Of a DNA stretch of 64,000 bases, positions 17,032-25,990 are shown piece by piece. The notes under the pieces are model-generated. The model did no database searches, was not told the DNA's origin, and worked only from the letters and a program-made list of their open reading frames with translations. The translations under genes and the position numbers were made by a program. This DNA is from a virus, in IMG/VR virus record IMGVR_UViG_3300035703_000045, positions 29,045 to 93,044 of that record. One strand, 5' to 3'. Every line of letters begins with the position of its first letter. The first letter of the stretch is position 1.

Positions 17032-19127
17032 TACTTGCCTTTAGCCTCTGACCAACTAGATGCAGAGTGGCAAGAAACCTTGAGGGGGATACCTTGATGG
17101 ATTTCTCCATCTCCCATCGCTGTAATTAGTAATGGCATGTAGGTGTCTACCTCGTCCTCAGGAACTATGACCACCAACTCGTCATGGACTTGCACCAAGA
17201 GTTTTGCTGGTGTGTTATAGAAGGTATCATACACCCTAACCATAGCCTTTTTACATATATCAGCCGCTGATCCTTGAACAACAGCGTTTACTGCTTGACG
17301 TTCGGCTCGTGCACGAAGTTCATTACTATCGGACCTAAGGTCAGGCAAACGGCGACGGCGACCAGAGAGTGTCTCTACATACCCCTTCTTAGCCCCGTCA
17401 CGGATCACCTGCTGTTTCCACTTGGTGATACCGGAAAACTGCTGGTAGTAACGATCAATTACAAACTTGGCGTGATCCAAGTCAATGCCTGTGGTGTTGG
17501 CTAGTTTGTGGGCACCACCACCGTAGGCGGTCAAGAAGTTGACACCCTTACCAAGTTGGCGTTCTTCAGAAGTAACTTCCTCAACTGGTTTATTAAGTAC
17601 CAAAGCCGCCGCACCTGAGTGAATGTCTTCCCCAGTTAGGAAGAACTCGCTCATCTTTTTATCACCGGAGAACATGCACATAACCCGCAGTTCAATCTGG
17701 TCGTAGTCAGCCACCAACATTTTGTACCCAGCAGGGGCGACGAATAAACCACGGACACTGCTGTCACGGGGAATGTTCTGCAAGTTGGGGTTGCTGGATG
17801 ACAGGCGACCAGTAGCGGTGCGATGAAGATGGAACGAGGGGTGAAGCGATCCTTGATACAACTTTGTCAATAGGCTGTCAACGTAGGTTGACTTCATCTT
17901 TTTCATTTCTGCCCATTGAATAAGCATGGGTACGACCGGATGCTTGTTCTCCATAGATCGGAGAACCTCCTCATCAACGGAGGCGGCTCCTGTACCAGTT
18001 ATTTTGGTGGGCTTGAGACCGAGACCACCTTCACGCTTTTTGTTAAAGAGCAGTTGCTGTTTGTGCTTGGTGCTATCGGGGTTGAACCCCGGAGGGGCGT
18101 AGTCCATCATGGACAGAAGAAGTTCGTTAAGGTTCTTATCAAGTTCTACACCCAGTTTCTTCATGGACTTTTGATCCACTGGGATTCCGTTGTCTTCCAT
18201 CTCCATGAGTACATACAGGACTCGCATGTCCTGACGGAGACAGTCAAGTAGTTCATTGTTTGAAGACAACTTGGACCATAGTTTGCGGTAAAGCAACCAT
18301 GTCCAACGAACGTCTAGGTGCACATACTTAGATGCTTTATTGAATGGCTCAAAGTCAATAGTGGCACCGATCTTGCCGATCTTGCTGTAGGGGTCGTACC
18401 CATTGAAGTTGTGGGCGATTAACCCCTGAAGAGAGTACGACGAGAGGTTCTCGTTCACGATGTGTTGCATAATCATCGTGTCCAAGAAAGGTTCATTTGG
18501 GAGATCTTGGTTGTAGTACTTCCGTATAGAACGGGTATCAAACTTTACGTTATGCCCTACTTTTGTGATGTCACTAAAGAACAAGGGCTTAAGAATCTCA
18601 AAGACATCAGAGCGATTCAGTTGCACGGGGGGTTCTGAGAATACGGCAGGCTTGAAGTAGCGAGCCTTAGCCATTGATTCTTTACCGTTAGCAAGTAGTT
18701 TGCGGTAGCCGGTAGGGGGAACCGTTGACCCATCACCACGCTCTTCAGGAACAATGATGTCGCCGTTCCGATGACCCATGGGGATAGCCCATGACATTCC
18801 TTCTGTGGCGATGCCAATCCAGAAGATCTCGTTACGCATTGGGTCAAGAGCAAGAGTTGACCGCCACCGATCCACGATGATCTCACGGGAACGAGCGATG
18901 ATGTCGTCATTCTTGGTCTTCAAGGTAGAGACATGTGCTTTGCACTCTTGGTCAATCCACGCCATGACATCGGGGTGACGTTCCACAACACCACGGGTCT
19001 CAACGTCGTATGCAAAGTGTCCGGTTGATTGGCAGATACGAACTACTTCTTGCAGTTGTTCTACCGTAGAAACAACATGGGGGGCTGTGAAGCCCCCCAC
19101 GCTGTCATGACTGTTAGTCATGGTCAA
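17031..19127 (-). CDS. polA: DNA polymerase family A with 3'-5' exonuclease domain
   Basis: DVET, HNVKFD, TATGRLSSSNPNLQNIP, ADYDQIELR, GKGVNF..AYG, VQGSAAD, QVHDEL. Confidence 0.97.
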   Translation of the reverse strand: MTMTNSHDSVGGFTAPHVVSTVEQLQEVVRICQSTGHFAYDVETRGVVERHPDVMAWIDQECKAHVSTLKTKNDDIIARSREIIVDRWRSTLALDPMRNEIFWIGIATEGMSWAIPMGHRNGDIIVPEERGDGSTVPPTGYRKLLANGKESMAKARYFKPAVFSEPPVQLNRSDVFEILKPLFFSDITKVGHNVKFDTRSIRKYYNQDLPNEPFLDTMIMQHIVNENLSSYSLQGLIAHNFNGYDPYSKIGKIGATIDFEPFNKASKYVHLDVRWTWLLYRKLWSKLSSNNELLDCLRQDMRVLYVLMEMEDNGIPVDQKSMKKLGVELDKNLNELLLSMMDYAPPGFNPDSTKHKQQLLFNKKREGGLGLKPTKITGTGAASVDEEVLRSMENKHPVVPMLIQWAEMKKMKSTYVDSLLTKLYQGSLHPSFHLHRTATGRLSSSNPNLQNIPRDSSVRGLFVAPAGYKMLVADYDQIELRVMCMFSGDKKMSEFFLTGEDIHSGAAALVLNKPVEEVTSEERQLGKGVNFLTAYGGGAHKLANTTGIDLDHAKFVIDRYYQQFSGITKWKQQVIRDGAKKGYVETLSGRRRRLPDLRSDSNELRARAERQAVNAVVQGSAADICKKAMVRVYDTFYNTPAKLLVQVHDELVVIVPEDEVDTYMPLLITAMGDGEIHQGIPLKVSCHSASSWSEAKGK
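19076..19101 (-). terminator. Intragenic GC-rich hairpin with U-rich tail in the first codons of polA
   Basis: Minus strand CGUGGGGGGCU-UCAC-AGCCCCCCAUG followed by UUGUUUCU. Confidence 0.6.
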
Positions 19128-19828
19128 TCGTCCAATTCCTCCACGGCGATCTTCAAGAGATCCTTGCGTGACGGAATCTGAATGATCTCAGGACCGTAAG
19201 CCTGCTTGCGGAGAGCCTTGATATCGGTCTCAGTAAGAGCCTCAATCTTCCACTCGTCAAGGTCACGCTCCTTGACCAACTGATGGTTGGTTGCGGAGGT
19301 GGCACCCTTACCGGAACGGCTGACCGCCCAGTAGTGCTTGGAGAGTGGTCCCTGACGGGGATCGGTGTGGAAGTTCTTCAACTGGTCAATGACACGGGGT
19401 CCGACCTCGTAGGACTTCAACAGTGGCTCCGTGTCGGGGGACAGGAGAACAACATTGAACGCAAAGCGTGTTGCAGGGCGGTTGCCAGCCTTGCAGAGGG
19501 GGCAGTCCTCAATGTCTGCAATGCAGGTGAATGACTTCTGACCCTGACGCTCCAGCCAGTGCTGACGGAATGTTGCGTACGGCTCATCCTCAACAAACTT
19601 GATGATGGTGGGTTCCTCTGCCACACGCAGACGCTGTGCGAAAGGTGAGTCAGCGGTCTTTGCCTGTTCCACGGCACCCCATCCACGACGGATGATGCGA
19701 GGGGCGTTGGCAGGACGAGCAGGGGCGGTTTCTTCCATCTCATCCTCGTCGTCGTCAGTGACGGTGCGAGTCTTCGTGTTCTTGATGGGGACTTCGTCTT
19801 CGTCGTCGTAATCGTCGTATTTGCTCAT
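19124..19828 (-). CDS. Single-stranded DNA-binding protein (gp32-like)
   Basis: Acidic terminus, F.QHW, C..IEDCPLC, FAFNV; adjacent to polA; strongly biased codons. Confidence 0.75.
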   Translation of the reverse strand: MSKYDDYDDEDEVPIKNTKTRTVTDDDEDEMEETAPARPANAPRIIRRGWGAVEQAKTADSPFAQRLRVAEEPTIIKFVEDEPYATFRQHWLERQGQKSFTCIADIEDCPLCKAGNRPATRFAFNVVLLSPDTEPLLKSYEVGPRVIDQLKNFHTDPRQGPLSKHYWAVSRSGKGATSATNHQLVKERDLDEWKIEALTETDIKALRKQAYGPEIIQIPSRKDLLKIAVEELDD

Positions 19829-19839
19829 GGTCTTCTTTC

Positions 19840-20277
19840 CTATGTGTTGGGCCAGTTGTCTTTTATGTGTTTGCGGAAGCCTTCCCAGTTAGCCTTCACT
19901 GGGTCGTCAATTTGATACCGCTCCGCTCCGGTTAGGACGCAGTCTAACTGCTCAAGGCTGTAAAGCCTACGCCCTTTTGGGGGTTTTCCAACAATTGTTG
20001 GACTCTTTGGTACGGACGTTCTGTAGTTCGCCTTCGGAATCCAACCTTGCTGTTCCCACATCCTTATGGTCACTGCTTTGCGCCCTAAGGCACGAGCAAA
20101 CTCTCCCACAGTGAAGAGCACCCTGTCAACTCCATTGATGGAATATACCTTGGATTTTGCTCCACGGTACCGATCTTCGGCAAGACGTGGCTTTGAACCC
20201 TTACGATTCTTTGGTGGAGTCTTGCCGGGGTAATCGGGAAGGTCACCAAACATCCGCATGATGGGGTCGTCACTCAA
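19840..20277 (-). CDS. MerR/BldC-like HTH protein
   Basis: FTVGEFARALGRKAVTIRMWEQQGWIP...GRRLYS. Confidence 0.8.
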   Translation of the reverse strand: MSDDPIMRMFGDLPDYPGKTPPKNRKGSKPRLAEDRYRGAKSKVYSINGVDRVLFTVGEFARALGRKAVTIRMWEQQGWIPKANYRTSVPKSPTIVGKPPKGRRLYSLEQLDCVLTGAERYQIDDPVKANWEGFRKHIKDNWPNT

Positions 20278-20653
20278 AGGGAGTCCACCCCTCGTTGATA
20301 AAGGAACGATTGAGAGTACGCAACCATCCCTTTTTGCTCATCAGTTGCCCGTGACCTCCGGTGATTTCGCAGGTCATGGCACTGATGTGTTCGTACTTCT
20401 GGACGATGTTTCGCATCTTCTCTGATACCTCGTTGTTAGACATGTCAGAGATATCAAAGTAATAACGCAGGGTACCAAACTTCTCTTTTACTTGAACTAC
20501 TTTGTAGTCAGGGTCTACCGACGACAGTTCACGATCTAGAGATGAGAGAAGATTAAACCAACCTTCACCACATGAGATTATGGGTTTTAAGTCTTCACGA
20601 AATCTCTTGATAATTGGTTGGATGACCTCAGGATAACTAGTTACATCACTCAC
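20270..20653 (-). CDS. Phage hypothetical protein (QVKEKFGxLRxY type)
   Basis: CGEGW...QVKEKFGTLRYY...TCEITG. Confidence 0.7.
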   Translation of the reverse strand: MSDVTSYPEVIQPIIKRFREDLKPIISCGEGWFNLLSSLDRELSSVDPDYKVVQVKEKFGTLRYYFDISDMSNNEVSEKMRNIVQKYEHISAMTCEITGGHGQLMSKKGWLRTLNRSFINEGWTPFE

Positions 20654-20840
20654 CACGCACCGCCTTATCACGGAAGTAGATAACGCCGTCACCGTTCAGT
20701 TTCCTGATGACCTTGGACAGCGTGTCAATTTCGGCTTGCAGTCGTTCAATCTCCTTGATGGCATCGCGTACATCCTGTGGGTCGGGGTGAATCATTTGTA
20801 GCGATTCCCGTAGTCGGGTCACGATGTCGTCAGTCATCAC
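20646..20840 (-). CDS. Small coiled-coil hypothetical protein
   Basis: DDIVTRLR...DAIKEIERL. Confidence 0.55.
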   Translation of the reverse strand: MMTDDIVTRLRESLQMIHPDPQDVRDAIKEIERLQAEIDTLSKVIRKLNGDGVIYFRDKAVRGE

Positions 20841-21246
20841 TGTAATCCTTCTTGGCTACGACCTTGAAAGCCCAAGTCTCACGCTGGTTATAGAACTCTG
20901 GCATCTGTTCTTTTAGTGTGGGATCTTCCCATGCGAGACCGAGCATCTTCTCTTCGCTCACGAACTCACGAACCTCTTTGACCAAATCCCATTTGCCTGA
21001 GGCTTTAGCCCATCCTTCAGCCATGTTTTCATTGAATGAGTTGGACACACGTCGTTCACGCTTTAACTGAACATCACCAACGGTTAGCCACAGATGACCT
21101 TTATCATCGGTATACCCGTGGGCAATAACTGCGTCATTGAGAAGTTGCTTGATCTCATCCACACGCTGTTGGGCACGGTTGGCAAACTCCTTTGCCTCTT
21201 CAAACTCTTTGGTCAAACGTGCGTAGTAGGCTTCGTCAATTGACAT
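20830..21246 (-). CDS. Hypothetical protein (coiled coil plus beta domain, Gam/Gp157-like architecture)
   Basis: N-terminal coiled coil; coupled to helicase stop. Confidence 0.5.
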   Translation of the reverse strand: MSIDEAYYARLTKEFEEAKEFANRAQQRVDEIKQLLNDAVIAHGYTDDKGHLWLTVGDVQLKRERRVSNSFNENMAEGWAKASGKWDLVKEVREFVSEEKMLGLAWEDPTLKEQMPEFYNQRETWAFKVVAKKDYSDD

Positions 21247-22793
21247 TATACTCCCGATTCTCGTAAGAAGGTTGAAAGACTGCTGAGGGTGATATCCATG
21301 CCACCCTTACCGTCATGGTGTTTACCATCAACAAAGGCTTCGTTGACGGATCGTTTGTGCTGAAGCATCTCGTATTGGCGTTCTTCAATTGACCCCTGCA
21401 TAACGAACGTAGCAATCGTAACATGCGGAAACTTGGAAGACAACCTAATAATTCGTGCTTCTCGTTGTTCCAACTTACCGCTACTCCAAGGTAAGTCATA
21501 AGATATCAGGTAGTTAGCCATCGGAAGGTCAACACCGTACCCACCGGCATCCGATGAAAGGAACAGACGGGTATTGGGATCGGTAGAGAACTGTTGCTTT
21601 GCCTCATCACGTTCTTCAGCCGACATGCCTCCCATGAATAAAACACTGTTAGTGAGTTTGGCTGTTGCCTTTTGTATGAGGCGCAGATTCTCTTTAAAGA
21701 ATGAGAACAACACCACTTTGTTATCGGGGTGTTGATAAAGAACATCTTCAATGTACTCAACGACTGCGTCTAGTTTCGGGGTGGCGGTAACCCCTGTCAG
21801 CAACCCAGCCTTGACCAAGGTAGCCGCATAGCGACTTCCCTCGTCTGGCTTGGTGTTGTCGTTGTACAAACCAGCCGACCTAACGATGAGTTCTGGGTTG
21901 TCGCAAAGCATCCTCAAGACGGTGAGACGAGACATGATCTCCCCTTGCGCCTCATTGGATTGTGGGTCGTTGTAGTGCTTCCAGATGTTGAACGCCCCAC
22001 CATGCATGCTCATTGCTTGATGGAGATGGTATAACAGATCTTCTGATATCTTACGATACAGCCCTGCCCCACGGGTATCATATGGGATCGGAATGGTCTG
22101 GTGGACAATGTCCGGCAATTGGTCGGCAATGTCCTCCCGTGTCTTACGAATCATGCACTCTGACATGGACTTATGCAAAACAGACAAGTTTCGGTAACGA
22201 GTAGGTTTTCCGAAATAGTCTCTGACGATGAAAGTACGGTCAAACTCGTCAAACTTACCAAGGACTGTTGGGTCAACAAACTCCATAATAGAATACAGTT
22301 CTTCTGGGCGATTCTCAATGGGTTGTCCTGTCAAAGCATACCGGTAGAGGATTGGCTTTGATATACGTTTGATCATTCGTGATCTCTTACTTGTGCGGGA
22401 CTTCAACATCGTGGCTTCATCCACTACAATGCATTGACAGGGGGTGCGCTTGAGAAACTCTTGGTCTTTGATCAGTGACTCAGGGTTCACGATGATGTAC
22501 TGAGCCGATACTGCCCCACGCCATGATTTCTCCCGTGCTTTGGGTGAGCCGTCAATTAGGGCAACACGGGAATCAGTAAACCTTTCTATCTCACGCTTCC
22601 ATTGGTACTTAAGGGAAGCAGGGACGACCACCAAGCAACGGTCAATCTCCCCAAGTTCAAACAAGCGATTTACGGCGGCGATTGTGGTGACCGTCTTACC
22701 AGCACCCATGACCAATCCAAGTAGCACTTGACCACGGTCAAGCATCTTCTCAACTGATTCTTCTTGGTAGGGATACAGAGTTCCGTTAAACAT
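21246..22793 (-). CDS. SNF2-family helicase
   Basis: MGAGKT, VVVPASLKYQW, VVDEA, LTGQPIEN, GGYGVDL, QREARI.R. Confidence 0.93.
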   Translation of the reverse strand: MFNGTLYPYQEESVEKMLDRGQVLLGLVMGAGKTVTTIAAVNRLFELGEIDRCLVVVPASLKYQWKREIERFTDSRVALIDGSPKAREKSWRGAVSAQYIIVNPESLIKDQEFLKRTPCQCIVVDEATMLKSRTSKRSRMIKRISKPILYRYALTGQPIENRPEELYSIMEFVDPTVLGKFDEFDRTFIVRDYFGKPTRYRNLSVLHKSMSECMIRKTREDIADQLPDIVHQTIPIPYDTRGAGLYRKISEDLLYHLHQAMSMHGGAFNIWKHYNDPQSNEAQGEIMSRLTVLRMLCDNPELIVRSAGLYNDNTKPDEGSRYAATLVKAGLLTGVTATPKLDAVVEYIEDVLYQHPDNKVVLFSFFKENLRLIQKATAKLTNSVLFMGGMSAEERDEAKQQFSTDPNTRLFLSSDAGGYGVDLPMANYLISYDLPWSSGKLEQREARIIRLSSKFPHVTIATFVMQGSIEERQYEMLQHKRSVNEAFVDGKHHDGKGGMDITLSSLSTFLRESGV

Positions 22794-23709
22794 TTTGAAT
22801 CCACGGTGGCATGACGGTCGCTGTTTTAAGACCGTTCTCTATTTCGTCGTCAGTCATATCCCCGATATCCTTTGCTGAGGTTCCAGCATAGTTCCACCAC
22901 AGCAACCCTTTTCGTGGACGATTCATGAATTTGTACAACTTCTTACTGGATTCAATACCAGCCTCGTCGTTGTCCATAGCCACAATAACACGATCAGCGA
23001 CATGGGTTACTAAGTGCATCTGGTCTTTTGAGACCTGTGCTCCGAAGGTGGCTAAAGCCTGTGGCTTTTCAAAGACCCCAGCAAATCGGATGATGTCCAA
23101 TGGGGACTCCACCAAGATGGCTGTGCGTGAGCGAAAGCGTTCTATACCAAACAGGGTTTTTCCCTTTTCTACGCCTACGGGGAAGTTGCGTACCCACCCA
23201 GTCTTCTTTTCCTGCCAGCCATCTAAACGACCAGTGGCAGACATGATCGGGATCGCCCACGCCTTTGACTTGGGATTCCAACGGACTCCATATCGGTGTA
23301 CCAAGTCTGGGTCTAGGTTCTTGAAGGCACACTTGGCATCGGACACACGGTCAAACCGAAAGAAAGCATCCCGATCCACATAGACAGTTTCCTCACCCTC
23401 TTTGGGAAGGGTGAGATTATTGAAGTTCGTGGAAACCAAGAACTTCTGTATTTCAAGACCGGCTTCAATCCCAGTCAGTTCTGCCAGTAGTGACGAGAGT
23501 GTTCCACGGGCACCGCATGAAAAGCAGATCCATAGACCAGTGTTGGCGTTGATACTCCAAGAAGGTGAGCGGTCTTCACGCCCCACAGTGCGTATGTGTA
23601 CTGGGCATTTGCCGGTGATTTCCCGATCACCGACACGCTTTAGTTCTACTCCTACGGACTGTAGGACTTCTGCGAGGTTAGTCGTATGAGGGGTTGATGT
23701 TTGAGTCAT
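22786..23709 (-). CDS. dnaG: DNA primase (CHC2 Zn finger plus TOPRIM)
   Basis: CPVH...PSWS...CFSCG; ILVESPLD; AMDNDEAG; KDIGDM. Confidence 0.9.
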   Translation of the reverse strand: MTQTSTPHTTNLAEVLQSVGVELKRVGDREITGKCPVHIRTVGREDRSPSWSINANTGLWICFSCGARGTLSSLLAELTGIEAGLEIQKFLVSTNFNNLTLPKEGEETVYVDRDAFFRFDRVSDAKCAFKNLDPDLVHRYGVRWNPKSKAWAIPIMSATGRLDGWQEKKTGWVRNFPVGVEKGKTLFGIERFRSRTAILVESPLDIIRFAGVFEKPQALATFGAQVSKDQMHLVTHVADRVIVAMDNDEAGIESSKKLYKFMNRPRKGLLWWNYAGTSAKDIGDMTDDEIENGLKTATVMPPWIQNV

Positions 23710-24931
23710 AGTCGTTTATCTCTTCAAACTCCATCGTTGACCAATCCCACTTAACGTGGACTTCTCCAGTTGGGGCAGTACGAGCGAGCACAACACGGAT
23801 GATTGCTTGATCATCCATATCTGGGTTGCGCTCCACACCGAGAATCAGGTCAGCATCTTGGGCAAACGAAGAGGTGTATCCGATTGCGTCAGCAGTCACC
23901 GCACGGGTCTTTCGGTTTTGGAGTTTCCATGAGAGAACCTGAGTGGTGGCTACGACAGGAATATCAAACCGTTGTGCTAACCGTTTCAAAGAACGAGTGA
24001 TGTTGGTCAATGCCTGTGGTGATCCCTTTGGCTCACCTTCCTCGTCGTCCATCAAATACACACCGTCAACAAACAGAACGTCAGGGTTGTACTCCTGAAT
24101 CTTTCCTGCGAGGGCACTAACAGTCGTAAGCGATGATGTGTCTTCACTGAACACGAAGGGTTGCATGTGCTTGCGTAGCGACAAGGCTTGACGAATCTTC
24201 TTCATATCATCCTTGTTAAGGTCACCACTAAGAATGCGTGTGTATGGAACCTTGGATATCAGAGAGTCATAACGTGCTTCTTGTTCCTCAATACTCATTT
24301 CAAAGGAAACGAAGAGGGGCCGTTTCCCGTGGATGTGTGAGGAATTAGCGAGAATAAGAGCGAAGAGGGACTTACCACGCTTGGGTTCACCGGCAAAGAC
24401 GATGAACTGCTGTGGACGTAGTCCGTGGGTAATTCGGTCAAGCCCATGGAATCCGGTAGGAATGCCACGAAGAGCATTGGGTTGTTGACGCATCTCATCG
24501 TAACGAGCAAGGCGGTTCTCCCAGTTCTGAATGATGTCAATGTCACGAAGACGTGATGCCTCTACCGAGGATTTCTGAATGGCTGACGACAACGAACTGA
24601 TAGCAGTGTTGATGTCGTTGTCATTGATTGCTGGAATAGCAGACGACAAAGCGTCAACGATGATTCGCTGACGGTAAGAGTCAAACACCTCATCCAGCAG
24701 ACGGGAGAATGTCTCGTCAGTTGCGTCTTCTAGTTGGATGTCCCCGTACTGTTGGCTGAACACACGGTCTGTAGGAAGAGCACCATGGGTGCGGTTGAAG
24801 TCAAGCAACCATTCCCAGATGGGTGACCACGTTGATGAGAAGTGGTCAGGCTTGAGTCCTGCACGAACCGGGGTATTGATGTCTTTCTCTTGAATGATCT
24901 TTGAGATAAGTAAGAGTTCGCTAGACGACAT
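23678..24931 (-). CDS. dnaB: DnaB-like replicative helicase
   Basis: GIPTGF..LD, GEPKRGKS, SFEMS, FVDGVYLM, QDADLI. Confidence 0.94.
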   Translation of the reverse strand: MSSSELLLISKIIQEKDINTPVRAGLKPDHFSSTWSPIWEWLLDFNRTHGALPTDRVFSQQYGDIQLEDATDETFSRLLDEVFDSYRQRIIVDALSSAIPAINDNDINTAISSLSSAIQKSSVEASRLRDIDIIQNWENRLARYDEMRQQPNALRGIPTGFHGLDRITHGLRPQQFIVFAGEPKRGKSLFALILANSSHIHGKRPLFVSFEMSIEEQEARYDSLISKVPYTRILSGDLNKDDMKKIRQALSLRKHMQPFVFSEDTSSLTTVSALAGKIQEYNPDVLFVDGVYLMDDEEGEPKGSPQALTNITRSLKRLAQRFDIPVVATTQVLSWKLQNRKTRAVTADAIGYTSSFAQDADLILGVERNPDMDDQAIIRVVLARTAPTGEVHVKWDWSTMEFEEINDYDSNINPSYD

Positions 24932-25374
24932 CAAATGCTCCACGGCTTGTCAGGGCTGACAACTTTACCACGCAATCCAAGAATTGAAGAGTAGTCCTCA
25001 TGTGGTGTGTAGACAACCGCAATAGAACGGTCGTAGACCAAGTCACTTGCGAACTCAATAATTGATGGGTACCACAAAACTGGGGTGCTTACACCTTTAC
25101 GGATTAGCCACTTCTCAATTGGATCAACCGCATCAGGGGAAAGGAAAGTGATGACATGAGTAGCGATGCCCCGCCGGTTAACGCAATCAGAGAGCGACCG
25201 CATCGGCATATCATGAACAGTCCATAGGGGTATCACAGATGACCAGTCAGATGTTCGCTTATGGTAAGCACCCTTAACCTTGCCAACGATGGTTGATGGT
25301 GGGGATGCAAGAACTCCTTCAAACATGGTGACCTGTTTGATACGGGACACGGGATGAATGTCGTTCTTTTCCAT
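24931..25374 (-). CDS. HAD-fold-like hypothetical protein
   Basis: MFEGVLA at the motif I position, VITF, IEKWL..KG. Confidence 0.45.
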   Translation of the reverse strand: MEKNDIHPVSRIKQVTMFEGVLASPPSTIVGKVKGAYHKRTSDWSSVIPLWTVHDMPMRSLSDCVNRRGIATHVITFLSPDAVDPIEKWLIRKGVSTPVLWYPSIIEFASDLVYDRSIAVVYTPHEDYSSILGLRGKVVSPDKPWSI

Positions 25375-25982
25375 CAGGCGATCCGAATACCCGTCATGTC
25401 AGAGACTGCTACGGCAATGCGGTCACCATACCGACGAGTGAAGTCAATCTGTGACAGCGTCGTGGTGATGATCGTCGTACGAGAGTCCTCATAACGACGA
25501 CGAATCAAAGAACCCACCTCATGGACTGAGTAATCGGTTTGACGTTCCTGCCCGACACCATCTAGCACCACGACATCAAAGACACCTTGGATGTACTTCA
25601 AGAGGTAAGGCATTGAGTACATCTCTGGGAGAAGACCATTGTCTCCTTCAAAGGAATCCTTCAGCATGTCAATGTAGCGGTCTGCGCTAATGAACCGACC
25701 TGACACGCCTTTTTCACGAATCAGGTACTGAAGGATCGCCTGTGAGGTAACACTCTTTCCACTGCCGTTGACACCGGTCAGGATCAGTGAGTTACCAAAC
25801 TCGTAGTTGTGAACCCAGTGGTTGATTGACTTCATCGCCTTGTCGGAAATGGTCAGGTCATCTAGCCCGATAGAACGCCAACGATTGGGTACCCGAGAAT
25901 GGAACATGCGTTCGTCTACGGGGCGATTACGCCACCACTTCTCCGACTTCCAGTCGGTCGGAACAACATATGTCTGTGACAT
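25374..25982 (-). CDS. DnaC/IstB-like AAA+ helicase loader
   Basis: Walker A GVNGSGKS, VVVLDGVGQE, LIRRRYE..RTTIITT.L, RYGDRI. Confidence 0.88.
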   Translation of the reverse strand: MSQTYVVPTDWKSEKWWRNRPVDERMFHSRVPNRWRSIGLDDLTISDKAMKSINHWVHNYEFGNSLILTGVNGSGKSVTSQAILQYLIREKGVSGRFISADRYIDMLKDSFEGDNGLLPEMYSMPYLLKYIQGVFDVVVLDGVGQERQTDYSVHEVGSLIRRRYEDSRTTIITTTLSQIDFTRRYGDRIAVAVSDMTGIRIA

Positions 25983-25990
25983 GGAACTCC

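Noticed and set aside
17031-24931. Inteins or introns in PolA, SNF2 helicase, primase or DnaB
   Set aside because: Protein lengths are ordinary and no splice-junction or homing endonuclease motifs were seen.
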